DNA from: Rhynchopus sp. YZ270_cl-10
Lineage: Eukaryota
Length of the DNA stretch: 64,000 nt
Assembly (NCBI GenBank): GCA_964035575.1
Contig: OZ037847.1
Location: 248,001-312,000 of the forward strand
Direction: 5' to 3'
The position numbers were made by a program, and so were the translations under genes. Below, piece after piece: positions 42,589 to 53,170 of the stretch (position 1 is the stretch's first letter; every line of letters starts with the position of its first letter). Below the pieces are notes generated by a model. It saw nothing but the letters and a program-made list of their open reading frames with translations. It was not told where the DNA came from and made no database searches.

Positions 42589-42675
42589 GAGAAGTTGAAA
42601 GTGCAAACGCCTCACCGTTCGTCGGCGGCGACGCAGGCACTGGTTCTCCGCGGGTTAGCGAACCCCAGAGAACGA
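42589..42675. repeat. Family D element (longest copy)
   Basis: GAGAAGTTGAAAGTGCAAACGCCTCACCGTTCGTCGGCGGCGACGCAGGCACTGGTTCTCCGCGGGTTAGCGAACCCCAGAG. Confidence 0.85.
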
Positions 42676-42785
42676 ATGAAGAATGAATGCGTTTTTTGTG
42701 CCTTGACCCTTTGTTGAAACTTTTGAATATTTTCGAAAAAGTCTTCTATTTTGTTGTTGTCTTAGTTTGTGATTTGCCTTTTTTT

Positions 42786-44220
42786 TTAAATCTCACTGCA
42801 CGCCTTTTCGAATTTGTCCATTCCCTTTGCGGTGGTGAGCTTTCCACGCCACTTTCCTTTGTTGCATCCGCCACGTGCCTGGAAGATCTCCTCAGCCTTT
42901 GCCGCAGCAGCCTTGAGTCGGTCTGCGTCTCCGCAGGCAAGAAGCATCTGTGTGCATTTTTTATTTTATTTTTATTTTGAAGATTTGTCAACAATCACCC
43001 CACCTGAAGCAGTATCGGCACCCAATACCACCCCAAGGCAAAAAACACTGAAAAATATACAAAAAAACTGAAAACCTCATGAATGAGATTCGGACAACTC
43101 CGACCCTTTAATTATTTTTGCATACCGCTTTCTCCCCGGTAGGCTTCTTGTCTCCAGTGCAGATGACGAGCGCTGTGGGTTCCTTCTTTGTGATGGCGTC
43201 AGCGACGACCATGAGGTAGTTCATATCAGCGTCGTCCTCGTGGTGTGCGATGGTCTGGTTTGGGGTTACGTCTGCAGCAAGCTTGTCGCCACGGAGCAGA
43301 GCCAGCTCCTTGAAGGCGTTCTCCTTTGCCTTTTTGTTGGCTTGCGCGGTCTTTGCGTTGCGGCTGATCGCGTTTTCTAAGTCATCTGCAGACGTGCCCA
43401 CCAGCTTCACGATACGCTTCTCACGATGGTACGCACCGTGCAGCAAACGGAACATCCTCTCCCCTGCAACGAAGTACAGCCGCAGGGTGTTCCCCTTGGG
43501 CTCAATGTGCAGCAGCTTTATGCCCTGGAGGTGCGAGAGCGACCCAACGTGGGTGCCACAGCACGGCCCGGCATCGACTCCGGGGATCGAAACATAGCGC
43601 AACACTCCGGTTTCAGCACCTTCTGGCACAGAGACACCCTCAGCACCAAGCTCTGCCGCGGTTTTGTTGAGCACCTCTGTCACAAGGTTGTTTCTGATGT
43701 GTTCGTTGCAGGCGTCTTCGACGCGCTGGATGTCTTCCTCAGAGAGCTTCGCAATGCCCAGCTGGATGTAGCTCATATCCACACCCATGCCCCAGCACTG
43801 TGTTTCCTGGGAGAGCTCCTTCTCGCAGACGGCGGTAAGCATATGCTGAGCGGTGTGCTGTTGCATCTGGTCCCAGCGGCGTGCCCAGTTGAGGGTCACC
43901 TCGACTTCGCTTCCCTCCTGAAGGGAGGCGTCGGTAAGATGCCATACCTCCATCCCAACACGCTGAACGTTTCCACAGTACGCCTCGCCAATGGTGCCCA
44001 CATCAAAGGGCTGGCCGCCCCCCTCGGGGAACAACACTGTGTCCTCCAGCTGCACCGCCCACCACTTCGCAGGCACACCCCCTGCAGGTGCAACCGCAGC
44101 CTTGACCCACGCCTTGTGAACCTTCTCCGTCGCCTCACCACATTTCACCACTTTTGTGATCAACGTTTTCAAATAAGAATTCTTCTGGCACGACAAATCT
44201 CCTGCGAGTTTCATTGCCAT
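42786..44220 (-). CDS. Alanyl-tRNA editing protein (AlaX/AARSD1-like), 2 exons
   Basis: DTVLFPEGGGQPFD.G, zinc motifs QQHTAQH and CCGTHV. Start MAMKLAG at 44220. Intron 42948-43125 (GTATGC..CACAG) adds C-terminal MLLACG...RGGCNKGKWRGK...SEI*. Confidence 0.9.
42948..43125 (-). other. Spliceosomal intron (178 bp) containing a family B fragment
   Basis: Phase-0 GTATGC...CACAG; TGTCAACAATCACCCCACC at ~42986-43004. Confidence 0.8.
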
Positions 44221-44376
44221 TTTACCCTTTTTTTTCCCCTTTTTAGTTGAGATGTGTGAGAGAGAGAGGGAGATGCAAAAAAAAATCCCATGTTTTGGTT
44301 CTATCCCTGCATCAACAGGGGGGTTTTGAGGAACTTCTGGTTCCTCCCTCTTCCCCAAAAAAAAATCCCCCCACAA

Positions 44377-45117
44377 CTAAAACGCAAGCTGCCATTGTTT
44401 CGACGCGTGTACGTTGTCGCCGATGGCAGGAAGAAGGTTGTACTCTTCTGTAGAGAGGTTTTGTGCTTCGGCATCTATTTCTGCAAGGCGTTGTATGGCA
44501 AGGTCACGGGTGACGAGATCCTTGTCAAGCTCATGCAGGTAGTACGACGATTCCTCATCACGGGAGCGTCCGGGAACGTGTGCACGTGGCATCGGCATGT
44601 CGGGGAACTTCCTTTTCCATTCGTTCTCGAGCATCGCCATCTTCCGCCGATGCTTCTCCAGCAGCTTCCCCTCCAACGTGTCCTTCACCAGCTGATAGTA
44701 CATCTGGTCGTTGTCGTCACGCCACCCAGCCATGCACTTATAATATTCACGCAGCAGAGGCTTGCAAGCACCCCCATGCTGTGTCATCTGCCGCAAACAG
44801 GTTGCCCCCTCCTCTCTAAGCATTTTGCACGCATCTAAACTGCCCTTTTCAACCTTTTTGCGGAGCGATTCAAGAACACGGTATGGGATCATTTGGAAGT
44901 CGATGCCCTGAAGTGTGGGTATTTAAATTGATGTGAGCAAATGTCGCAGACATACCTCCAAGGGATCGTCGCTTGAAATATCGTTAAGGTGCCGTGGATC
45001 CATCGGCTCGCTCGCGCCGTCCACAACCCGCCCACTCCAGTCAACAAACTCACCGCTCTTCAGTGTATGGACAGGGGCTTGTGTCACCTCTGCTGGCTTC
45101 GCTTGCGAGCCACCCAT
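44377..45117 (-). CDS. N-myristoylated twin-CX9C protein, probable complex I subunit NDUFB7 (B18) homologue; 2 exons
   Basis: MGGSQAK start; 48-bp intron 44908-44955 (GTATGT..TTCAG) joins DPLE to GIDFQMIPY; C-KMLREEGAT-C-x10-C-KPLLREYYK-C matches the CX9C-X10-CX9C spacing known for NDUFB7. Confidence 0.65.
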
Positions 45118-45462
45118 TTTAAAATGGGAAGGGGGGTAAAGGGTTCTGAATGTGGTGTGTTTTTGGTAATCTGAATAACGCCCGAATGTTATTCCCAAAA
45201 TAAAGTGCCAAAAGCCAAATTGCTGGAGATTGTGACCTCGCCCCCAGTGTAGCCTGACTGTGTAGACTTGAGAACTGTCACACAAATGAGTAACAGACGT
45301 GGTCCTTCTCTTTCGGCTCACGTGTCCTGATCTGCACACTGCTTGAATGACTTACATGCTTCGTTGTGCACTTTGCTGGAGGACAGACCGACACGAAGAT
45401 TTCGCTGTGCATCAGCTATACCACTTTGCAAACAAAGAATCCCCATCCTTTTTTTTATTTTT

Positions 45463-45509
45463 GAAAACTTGGTTGTATTAGTGTAGCCACCCTAGAGTGT
45501 GCTCCACTA
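45463..45509. repeat. Family A hairpin element
   Basis: Consensus 47-mer. Confidence 0.95.
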
Positions 45510-46911
45510 CACTACGTTATTTTGCTGCAACTCTGCATCACATACAAAGAAATCAGTAGGGAGAGTCCGAAGAGAAGGGGCGCGTTATAAAGCATCGTGT
45601 GCACACGCAAAAGGAAAAGGTTTTAGACAATCCACCTCACAGTGCTTATTCACTTCTAAAAAGACGTTTTTTGTTGGAGTATCCCACAAAAAAAAAGATA
45701 CACTCGATAAAGAAGAAAAGGGACAGTTCTGTATAACAGCGTTACTTTTCTGACAAAAAAGGGTGCTATTTCCAGATGCATGCCTGCAGGGGGGTTATGC
45801 TGCCTCTTTGGCGCTTCACTCTTACCAGTCTTATCTTACCGCTTTGCATCGGTTCTCCTGCTGAGGTATCCAACACAACGCTGGCAAAAGATTTGACACA
45901 GACCACTCACCTTTCCACGGCATGAGTTGCACGTCTCCACATCTTCTCAAACAGCAGGTCCATATGAGAGAAGATTCTCATACGGACGGGTTTGAGGCAG
46001 TGGAAAGCACCCTCATCCTTTGCCCCTTTTAAAAAAACTACTCTTCCATCACCCAGTTGTGTCATCTCTGCATTAAGCGTTCCGCAAAGGGTGTGCGTAT
46101 ATCACAAATTTGTCTGCCACCCAGCACCATTTCTATTGTCCATACCCTGCTGGGTGCATACACAACACCCATCCTTTGAGCTCTGAGAGGTGCACATCGA
46201 GAGATCAACAGTTTTCTCTTCTTTATTTGGCAGCGGCAATATACATGGATAAAGATGCAGAGAACGAGACAGAGAGACACCAAGCACATCCCCTAGCTAG
46301 TTAAAAACTCATCATTGCACAAAAAAAAGGGGGAGGGAAAACACGAGGGGGAAAAAATGTTGCAAAGAAAAAAAGATGCACAGCGCAGTTGTCGCAGACG
46401 AGATACACAGACACTCAGAAGAAAAGGTTGGTAAGATGGTCTTGGATTTGAACCAACTCACGTGGTCACATAAAAAAAAAAAGCCGATGATGAAAGATTG
46501 AGCACAGACAACGAGGACGTTGTGTGCACGGCTAAAAGAGGATGGGAACACTACCAATAAAATGTGGAAAAAAAATAGTTTGAAATCGAAGAAGAAAGTA
46601 CAAGAACGTTATCCACAGATACATCCCATCCTTTCTTATGTGTTGCAAAAATGTGGAAAAAAAAGGTGAATAAATTGAACTTCCAGTAGTAGATTGGTTT
46701 CTAACATTAACCCTGTTTCTGTCTAGCATTCTAAAAGGGTAGACATCATCAGTAATCCCCCTTTACATGGTAGGTGAATGTCGTGAAACCGATGTTCTGT
46801 GTGAACATTTGGTACCTTCTACTAAAGCTCTTTATGGGGGGAAACACACAAAGTTTTGTTTTGTTTTTTTCCTGCACAGGCAAGCTGTGCTGCTTTTAAA
46901 AGACAAAACAA

Positions 46912-48300
46912 CTACTTGTGGAGGGGCTGGAGTGATGTGTAGCAGTAATCAGTGGGGCAGTTGTCGGGTGCGTCGCACGGCCAGATAGGGGTTGCACCGT
47001 TGGTGAGTGCGATGGGCTCGTTCTGTGTGTGGTCCGAGAAGATAAGGTGCGGCCGTTCACGTCTGCTGATGGACTGCGACGTGCCGTTGTGGTAAGTTAC
47101 CTTCGAGTCGTAGCAGTGGATGGCATCGTGGCTGTTCCATGTGTTGCCGTCGTCGTTGCTCCAGTAGTGCAGCCCGTACGGCTGTCCCCAGCCACCTCCG
47201 TGCAGGATGCTGTGCAGCGTCCCGTTCTTGCCCCTGTACAGGAAAGGGTCCTCCCCAACCAGGTCCCCCTTTGCCTTCTCGAAAGTGTACGTGCTTGCGT
47301 TCTTCCAGTCAGTCGCCCGCCACATGTACGGCGGCCGGCCCATCCCAATCAGCGAACCATCCTCATTGATCAGGGGCGACAGGTTCGTGTCCCCTCCGTT
47401 CGGTGCAGGGATCTCCTGCGGTGTGGACCACGGCCCACTGCTGCTTTTCGAGTACGACACCCACGACGAGAGCGGGATGTCCACGGGTAAGGGGATGCAG
47501 TGCTGGTCGTTCGGGCAGCTACCATCGTTAATGGAAGACCCGTGCGAGCATTTATCACATGTCTTGTTGGTGCACGGGATGTTCGGCGCAAACGACCCAG
47601 TGAAGAACAGACCCCACTCCCCTGTTGTCGGGTCTCTTGCAGCGGTGGGCTCATGTGCCCAAACGCCGAAGGGGACTTCCTTTGGTGTGAACGGCACTGT
47701 CAACGGGTCTGGGGAGGTGGCATGTCGGAGCTGACTGTTCGTGAGCCACACGCGGATGCCACAGGAATGCACCATCTCTGCTGCCCACATGTGGTAGAGG
47801 CCGTCTGTTTCATCGTACAGCACAGACCCACCCCAGCTGCTGAGCTCACCACGCTTGAGGCCAAGCGACTCGCTGCTTGCAGGGGCGAGATTCAGGACAC
47901 CACAGTGCGAGCCCTGCCACTGTGCGTCGCAGATGCACATCCCTTGCACACAACGGCCGTTCTGGCTGCAGTCGTCGGCCGTTGTGCATGGTGTCGTCTG
48001 CTCACTGTGGTTCCACGTGCTGTACACACCGAACTGTGGTGTCGGGTTCCAGAACGCACTCTCGTTGACACCGTAGCACATGGTGCTCCACGTCGTGCTG
48101 TCTGCAGGGAAGTACACTGCGCCAGCATACGCCCCCGCCACGTCCATGCACGTCGCCAGCGTCGCCTGCCGCCCAAGGTATTTGTTCCCCGCAGTCTCAC
48201 TCCCAGGCTGCACCCCGGGCACGTTGTTCAGGTTCTCATACACCTCCGCAGAGGCTGCCCCTGCAGCAAGCGCACACATCGCAAGGCGAAACATTCTCAT
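46912..48300 (-). CDS. Secreted EGF-like + five-bladed beta-propeller (GH43/clan-F-like) putative glycoside hydrolase, copy 1
   Basis: Signal peptide MRMFRLAMCALAAGAASA after CAG acceptor; CSQNGRC..G.C.CD..W.G..C EGF; SSWGGS, HEP, EDPFL, RRERPHL motifs. Family assignment from motif memory only. Confidence 0.75.
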   Translation of the reverse strand: MRMFRLAMCALAAGAASAEVYENLNNVPGVQPGSETAGNKYLGRQATLATCMDVAGAYAGAVYFPADSTTWSTMCYGVNESAFWNPTPQFGVYSTWNHSEQTTPCTTADDCSQNGRCVQGMCICDAQWQGSHCGVLNLAPASSESLGLKRGELSSWGGSVLYDETDGLYHMWAAEMVHSCGIRVWLTNSQLRHATSPDPLTVPFTPKEVPFGVWAHEPTAARDPTTGEWGLFFTGSFAPNIPCTNKTCDKCSHGSSINDGSCPNDQHCIPLPVDIPLSSWVSYSKSSSGPWSTPQEIPAPNGGDTNLSPLINEDGSLIGMGRPPYMWRATDWKNASTYTFEKAKGDLVGEDPFLYRGKNGTLHSILHGGGWGQPYGLHYWSNDDGNTWNSHDAIHCYDSKVTYHNGTSQSISRRERPHLIFSDHTQNEPIALTNGATPIWPCDAPDNCPTDYCYTSLQPLHK

Positions 48301-48405
48301 GTGTGCTCTGCAGGTGGTGAGTGGTGGAAGGGGAACGACCGTCACGAAGATACCACTTTGCACAATGGGTTGTCGGGGATGAAAGAACCCCATCCTTTTT
48401 TATTT

Positions 48406-48452
48406 GAAAACTTGGTTGTATTAGTGTAGCCACCCTAGAGTGTGCTCCACTA
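48406..48452. repeat. Family A hairpin element
   Basis: Consensus 47-mer flanked by TTTATTT on both sides. Confidence 0.95.
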
Positions 48453-49561
48453 TTTATTTTTTTTCATTTTCATCTTCTTTTTTGCTGCAACTCTGCATCG
48501 CAGACAAAGAAATCAGTAGGGAGAGTCCGAAGAGAACATCGTATGCACACGCAAAAGGAAAAGGTTTTAGACAATCCACCTCACAGTGTTTATTCACTTC
48601 TAAAAAGACATTTTTTTGTTGGAGTATCCCACAAAAAAAGATACACTCACTAAAGAAGAAAAGGGACAGTTCTGTATAACAGCGTTACTTTTCTGACAAA
48701 AAAGGGTGCTATTTCCAGATGCATGCCTGCAGGGGGGTTATGCTGCCTCTTTGGCGCTTCACTCTTACCAGTCTTATCTTACCGCTTTGCATCGGTTCTC
48801 CTGCTGAGTTATCCAACACAACGCTGGCAAAAGATTTGACACAGACCACTCACCTTTCCGCGGCATGAGTTGCACGTCTCCACATCTTCTCAAACAGCAG
48901 GTCCATATGAGAGAAGATTCTCATACGGACGGGTTTGAGGCAGTGGAAAGCACCCTCATCCTTTGCCCCTTGAAAAAAAACCTCGTCAATCACCCGTTTG
49001 TGTGATCTGTGTTAACACAAAGTTGTCACAACACCCATCCTTTGATCTCTGAGAGGTGCACATCGAGAGATCAACAGTTTTCTCTTCTTTATTTGGCAGC
49101 GGCAATATACATGGATAAAGATGCAGAGAACGAGACAGAGAGACACCAAGCACATCCCCTAGCTAAAGTCAAAAACTCATCATTGCACAAAAAAAGGGGG
49201 AGTGGGAAAACACGAGTGGGAAAAAATGCACAGCGCAGTTGTCGCAGACGAGATACACAGACACTCAGAAGAAAAGGTTGGTAAGATGGTCTTGGATTTG
49301 AACCAACTCACGTAGTCACCTTTTAACAAAAAGCCGATGATGAAGGATTGAACACAGATAAAACAAGGCCTTTGTGCACGGCTAAAAGAGGATGGGAAGA
49401 TAAGCTAAAAAGTATGAAAAAAATAAGAATTCGAAATCGAAGAAGAAAGTCAAGAACGTTTTCCACAGATACATCCCATCCTTTCTTATACGTTGCAAAA
49501 ATGTGAAAATAAAAGGAGAAAGTATTATTATTGAAAAGACAAAGTATTTCCGTATAAATTG

Positions 49562-49609
49562 GATTCATATACTTTCAGTTCACAGAATTGAAAGTATTTG
49601 AGAGGTCAA
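49562..49609. repeat. Family E hairpin element
   Basis: GATTCATATACTTTCAGTTC-ACA-GAATTGAAAGTATTTGAGAGG, near-identical to 61602-61650. Confidence 0.85.
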
Positions 49610-49678
49610 ATCAAAAAAGTTTTGTTTTAATTTTCCCCTGTCTACAGGTGTACAGAGCATTGAAAAAAGACAAAACAA

Positions 49679-51067
49679 CTACTTGTGGAGGGGCTGGAGT
49701 GATGTGTAGCAGTAATCAGTGGGGCAGTTGTCGGGGGCGTCGCACGGCCAGATAGGGGTTGCACCGTTGGTGAGTGCGATGGGCTCGTTCTGCGTGTGGT
49801 CCGAGAAGATAAGGTGCGGCCGTTCACGTCTGCTGATGGACTGCGACGTGCCGTTGTGGTAAGTTACCTTCGAGTCGTAGCAGTGGATGGCATCGTGGCT
49901 GTTCCATGTGTTGCCGTCGTCGTTGCTCCAGTAGTGCAGCCCGTATGGCTTTCCCCAGCCACCTCCGTGCAGGATGCTGTGCAACGTCCCGGTCTTGTCC
50001 CTGTACAGGAAAGGGTCCTCCCCAACCAGGTCCCCCTTTGCCTTCTCGAAAGTGTACGTGCTTGCGTTCTTCCAGTCAGTCGCCCGCCACATGTACGGCG
50101 GCCGGCCCATCCCAATCAGCGAACCATCCTCATTGATCAGGGGCGACAGGTTCGTGTCCCCTCCGTTCGGTGCAGGGATCTCCTGCGGTGTGGACCACGG
50201 CCCACTGCTGCTTTTCGAGTACGACACCCACGACGAGAGCGGGATGTCCACGGGTAAGGGGATGCAGTGCTGGTCGTTCGGGCAGCTACCATCGTTAATG
50301 GAAGACCCGTGCGAGCATTTATCACATGTCTTGTTGGTGCACGGGATGTTCGGTGCAAATGACCCAGTGAAGAACAGACCCCACTCCCCTGTTGTCGGGT
50401 CTCTTGCAGCGGTGGGCTCAGTTGCCCAAATGCCGAAGGGGACTTCCTTTGGTGTGAACGGCACTGTCAACGGGTCTGGGGAGGTGGCATGTCGGAGCTG
50501 ACTGTTCGTGAGCCACACGCGGATGCCACAGGAATGCACCATCTCTGCTGCCCACATGTGGTAGAGGCCGTCTGTTTCGTCGTACAGCACAGACCCACCC
50601 CAGCTGCTGAGCTCATCACGCTTGAGGCCAAGCGACTCGCTGCTTGCAGGGGCGAGATTCAGGACACCACAGTGCGAGCCCTGCCACTGTGCGTCGCAGA
50701 TGCACATCCCTTGCACACAACGGCCGTTCTGGCTGCAGTCGTCGGCCGTTGTGCATGGTGTCGTCTGCTCACTGTGGTTCCACGTGCTGTACACACCGAA
50801 CTGTGGTGTCGGGTTCCAGAACGCACTCTCGTTGACACCGTAGCACATGGTGCTCCACGTCGTGCTGTCTGCAGGGAAGTACACTGCGCCAGCATACGCC
50901 CCCGCCACGTCCATGCACGTCGCCAGCGTCGCCTGCCGCCCAAGGTATTTGTTCCCCGCAGTCTCACTCCCAGGCTGCACCCCGGGCACGTTGTTCAGGT
51001 TCTCATACACCTCCGCAGAGGCTGCCCCTGCAGCAAGCGCACACATCGCAAGGCGAAACATTCTCAT
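49679..51067 (-). CDS. Secreted EGF-like + GH43-like propeller protein, copy 2
   Basis: Same 1389-bp length as copy 1; six amino-acid differences on my reading. Confidence 0.75.
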   Translation of the reverse strand: MRMFRLAMCALAAGAASAEVYENLNNVPGVQPGSETAGNKYLGRQATLATCMDVAGAYAGAVYFPADSTTWSTMCYGVNESAFWNPTPQFGVYSTWNHSEQTTPCTTADDCSQNGRCVQGMCICDAQWQGSHCGVLNLAPASSESLGLKRDELSSWGGSVLYDETDGLYHMWAAEMVHSCGIRVWLTNSQLRHATSPDPLTVPFTPKEVPFGIWATEPTAARDPTTGEWGLFFTGSFAPNIPCTNKTCDKCSHGSSINDGSCPNDQHCIPLPVDIPLSSWVSYSKSSSGPWSTPQEIPAPNGGDTNLSPLINEDGSLIGMGRPPYMWRATDWKNASTYTFEKAKGDLVGEDPFLYRDKTGTLHSILHGGGWGKPYGLHYWSNDDGNTWNSHDAIHCYDSKVTYHNGTSQSISRRERPHLIFSDHTQNEPIALTNGATPIWPCDAPDNCPTDYCYTSLQPLHK

Positions 51068-51478
51068 GTGTGCTCTGCAGGTGGTGAGTGGTGGAAGGGG
51101 AACAGGGGAAAATATTGGGGTTAAGTTTAATAGACAACTTCTTGCAGCTACGGAGACCCGATGTCCCAGGCCCAGAACGATCACTGCTGTCCTCTACAGA
51201 GTGTGGGCATCGGTCCGAGCCAACCAGACGCGCTGTGTGAGAAAACGAGTGTTTCTCTGCTGGTGATATGTTGTGGGGGAGAATAAAACATTAAGGAAAA
51301 AGGTCGTTGCATTACCACTACGTTTTTGCTGCGCCCTCACTATCCCACTCCATTCGGTTTTCGTTACTTTAAAAAAAAACTTGAACACGGCTTAGCCGTT
51401 AATTTGCCACACCTTTAGATGCGACTTTCACATCTGCACGTTGTGCAGCTATTAATTACAAAAACTGTTATTACAGTC

Positions 51479-52666
51479 TCAGGATACAAGACAGTTGCAG
51501 CCACTCTTTTTTGTGCTTTGGGGACGTCTTTGCGTCGAGTACGGTTGGACTGAGGAGGGGCGGACGCAGATGGTGTTCCCACACCCAAAGAAGATTGCAG
51601 ACTCAGCCTCTATGACGCAGGAGGCTTGCTTGGCTGTGACTTGGCCGTCTACTTTGAGGGTGGCGAGGTCGATGCGCCAGACGCCATCACACACGCAGAA
51701 GAGCTTCATGCCTGACTGCGAGACTGCGATGTAGGACAACATGTCAGCCTCGGTGGACAGCCCGTCCGGCAACTCCACCACCACCACCACATCCAACACG
51801 TCAGTGTACGACGTCACGTTCAGGTGCACACCCCCCGCAGCATACAAACGCTGTCCACACGGCGAAAGACACAACGACACCGCAGCACGGTCCACCCCCC
51901 TACACCGCAACGTCAGCCCCACCTGGTCCTCCGCTACGTCCCAACGGATGACCCCGCTCGCACCCCCGGAGTACACCTTCGTCCCACACCGCGACGCAAC
52001 AAGCGCTGTGCAGTACCCCGCGGGCAGCGTCGTGGCGCACTTCTTCTCATACAGCCCCTGCGGCGTCTTCCCCCAGCACTCCAGATCCGTCCACGAGGCG
52101 ACATAAACTGTATCGGTGTGCACGGCAACGGCAAGCCACTGCCCGTGAATGGCCTGTTTCAGATCCCACGTTGCTGTATCGAAGAGACCGACGTTTCCAA
52201 GGTGCTGCCTGGTTACTAAAACACCAGGTTCGGGCCAGAGGACTGTGGCGATGCCCTTTGTGTGGTCTGCAAGAGAGTCGATGAATTGGCCTGTCGCTGT
52301 GTCCCAGATGGCGCAGAAGCAGTCCACTGCACCGCTTGCGAGGAAACGGTGGCAGGGCGAGAGTGCGACACTCATGACGTCCCCCGAGGCGGTCATGCTG
52401 GTGGGACACATTACAACCACAGGCTCATACGTTGCAGGAGCAACCCCAAAGCGAGCCTCGACAATACACCCAGATACAAGGCCGTACGCACTCACGTCAC
52501 CCTCAGCTAGCACAACGCCCTGCAGCTGCAGCTCGACCTCAGCAACCTCCGCATGTCGTCGCAGCCCGAGGAGCGCCTTCTCCTTCAAGCTGTCAACAGT
52601 CTCGTCGTCGCTGACCTCTACCATCGTGGACGCACCACTCTCAACGCATTGAACGGAGATCTCCAT
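51479..52666 (-). CDS. Ubiquitin-like + WD40 repeat protein with C-terminal CaaX box
   Basis: N-terminal VEV...ETV.SLKEK..L...G..L......YGL..G (Ubl pattern); WD40 VMSVALSP..RFLASGAVD....IWD..TG; ends KKSGCNCLVS*. Confidence 0.8.
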   Translation of the reverse strand: MEISVQCVESGASTMVEVSDDETVDSLKEKALLGLRRHAEVAEVELQLQGVVLAEGDVSAYGLVSGCIVEARFGVAPATYEPVVVMCPTSMTASGDVMSVALSPCHRFLASGAVDCFCAIWDTATGQFIDSLADHTKGIATVLWPEPGVLVTRQHLGNVGLFDTATWDLKQAIHGQWLAVAVHTDTVYVASWTDLECWGKTPQGLYEKKCATTLPAGYCTALVASRCGTKVYSGGASGVIRWDVAEDQVGLTLRCRGVDRAAVSLCLSPCGQRLYAAGGVHLNVTSYTDVLDVVVVVELPDGLSTEADMLSYIAVSQSGMKLFCVCDGVWRIDLATLKVDGQVTAKQASCVIEAESAIFFGCGNTICVRPSSVQPYSTQRRPQSTKKSGCNCLVS

Positions 52667-53134
52667 CTGCGTAGTGTAGTCTGCTTTGGTAAAATGGCTG
52701 GTAAAGGAGAGGGAGGGTGAAATGGGCTCAAGGAAGTGCGGATGCGAAAGTCACCGCAGAACAACCCCAAGGGGGGAGGTGAGGCCTTCCTCGAAACCTA
52801 GAGGTTTGTGATGTCGGATTGCAGGGGGGGAAAAGAAACTGCCTTCGTTCTCAAAATGTTTGGGTGGTGGAGGGGGGGATTACCTTTTATTTTTGTGTCC
52901 AGCAACGGACTACCTAGATTGGTATGAGGTGGGGGGGAACTTGGGGAAGAGAGGGGTGGGTGGGAGAGGCGGGTACTGCGTGTTGCGAGAGAAACGGAAC
53001 AGACGGCCCTTTTTGCACTCAAATCTCACTCGTTGGGTGTACGTGTGGCAGGGGGAGGGGGGCGGTGGTGGAAGGGGTTTGTGGAAGAAGGAGAACTCTG
53101 CTGTCTCCAAAGGGAAGGGCAAGAAAACAAGAAA

Positions 53135-53170
53135 AAGATGAACCTAAGCGTCACGTGCTTAGTCAACGTT
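53135..53170. repeat. Family C hairpin element
   Basis: AAGATGAACCTAAGC-GTCACGT-GCTTAGTCAAC. Confidence 0.75.

Larger units (their letters stand above)
45433..51103. repeat. Tandem segmental duplication (spacer plus gene), unit ~2.8-2.9 kb
   Basis: 45433-46655 aligns with 48382-49505, and 46895-48337 with 49665-51103. Confidence 0.9.
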
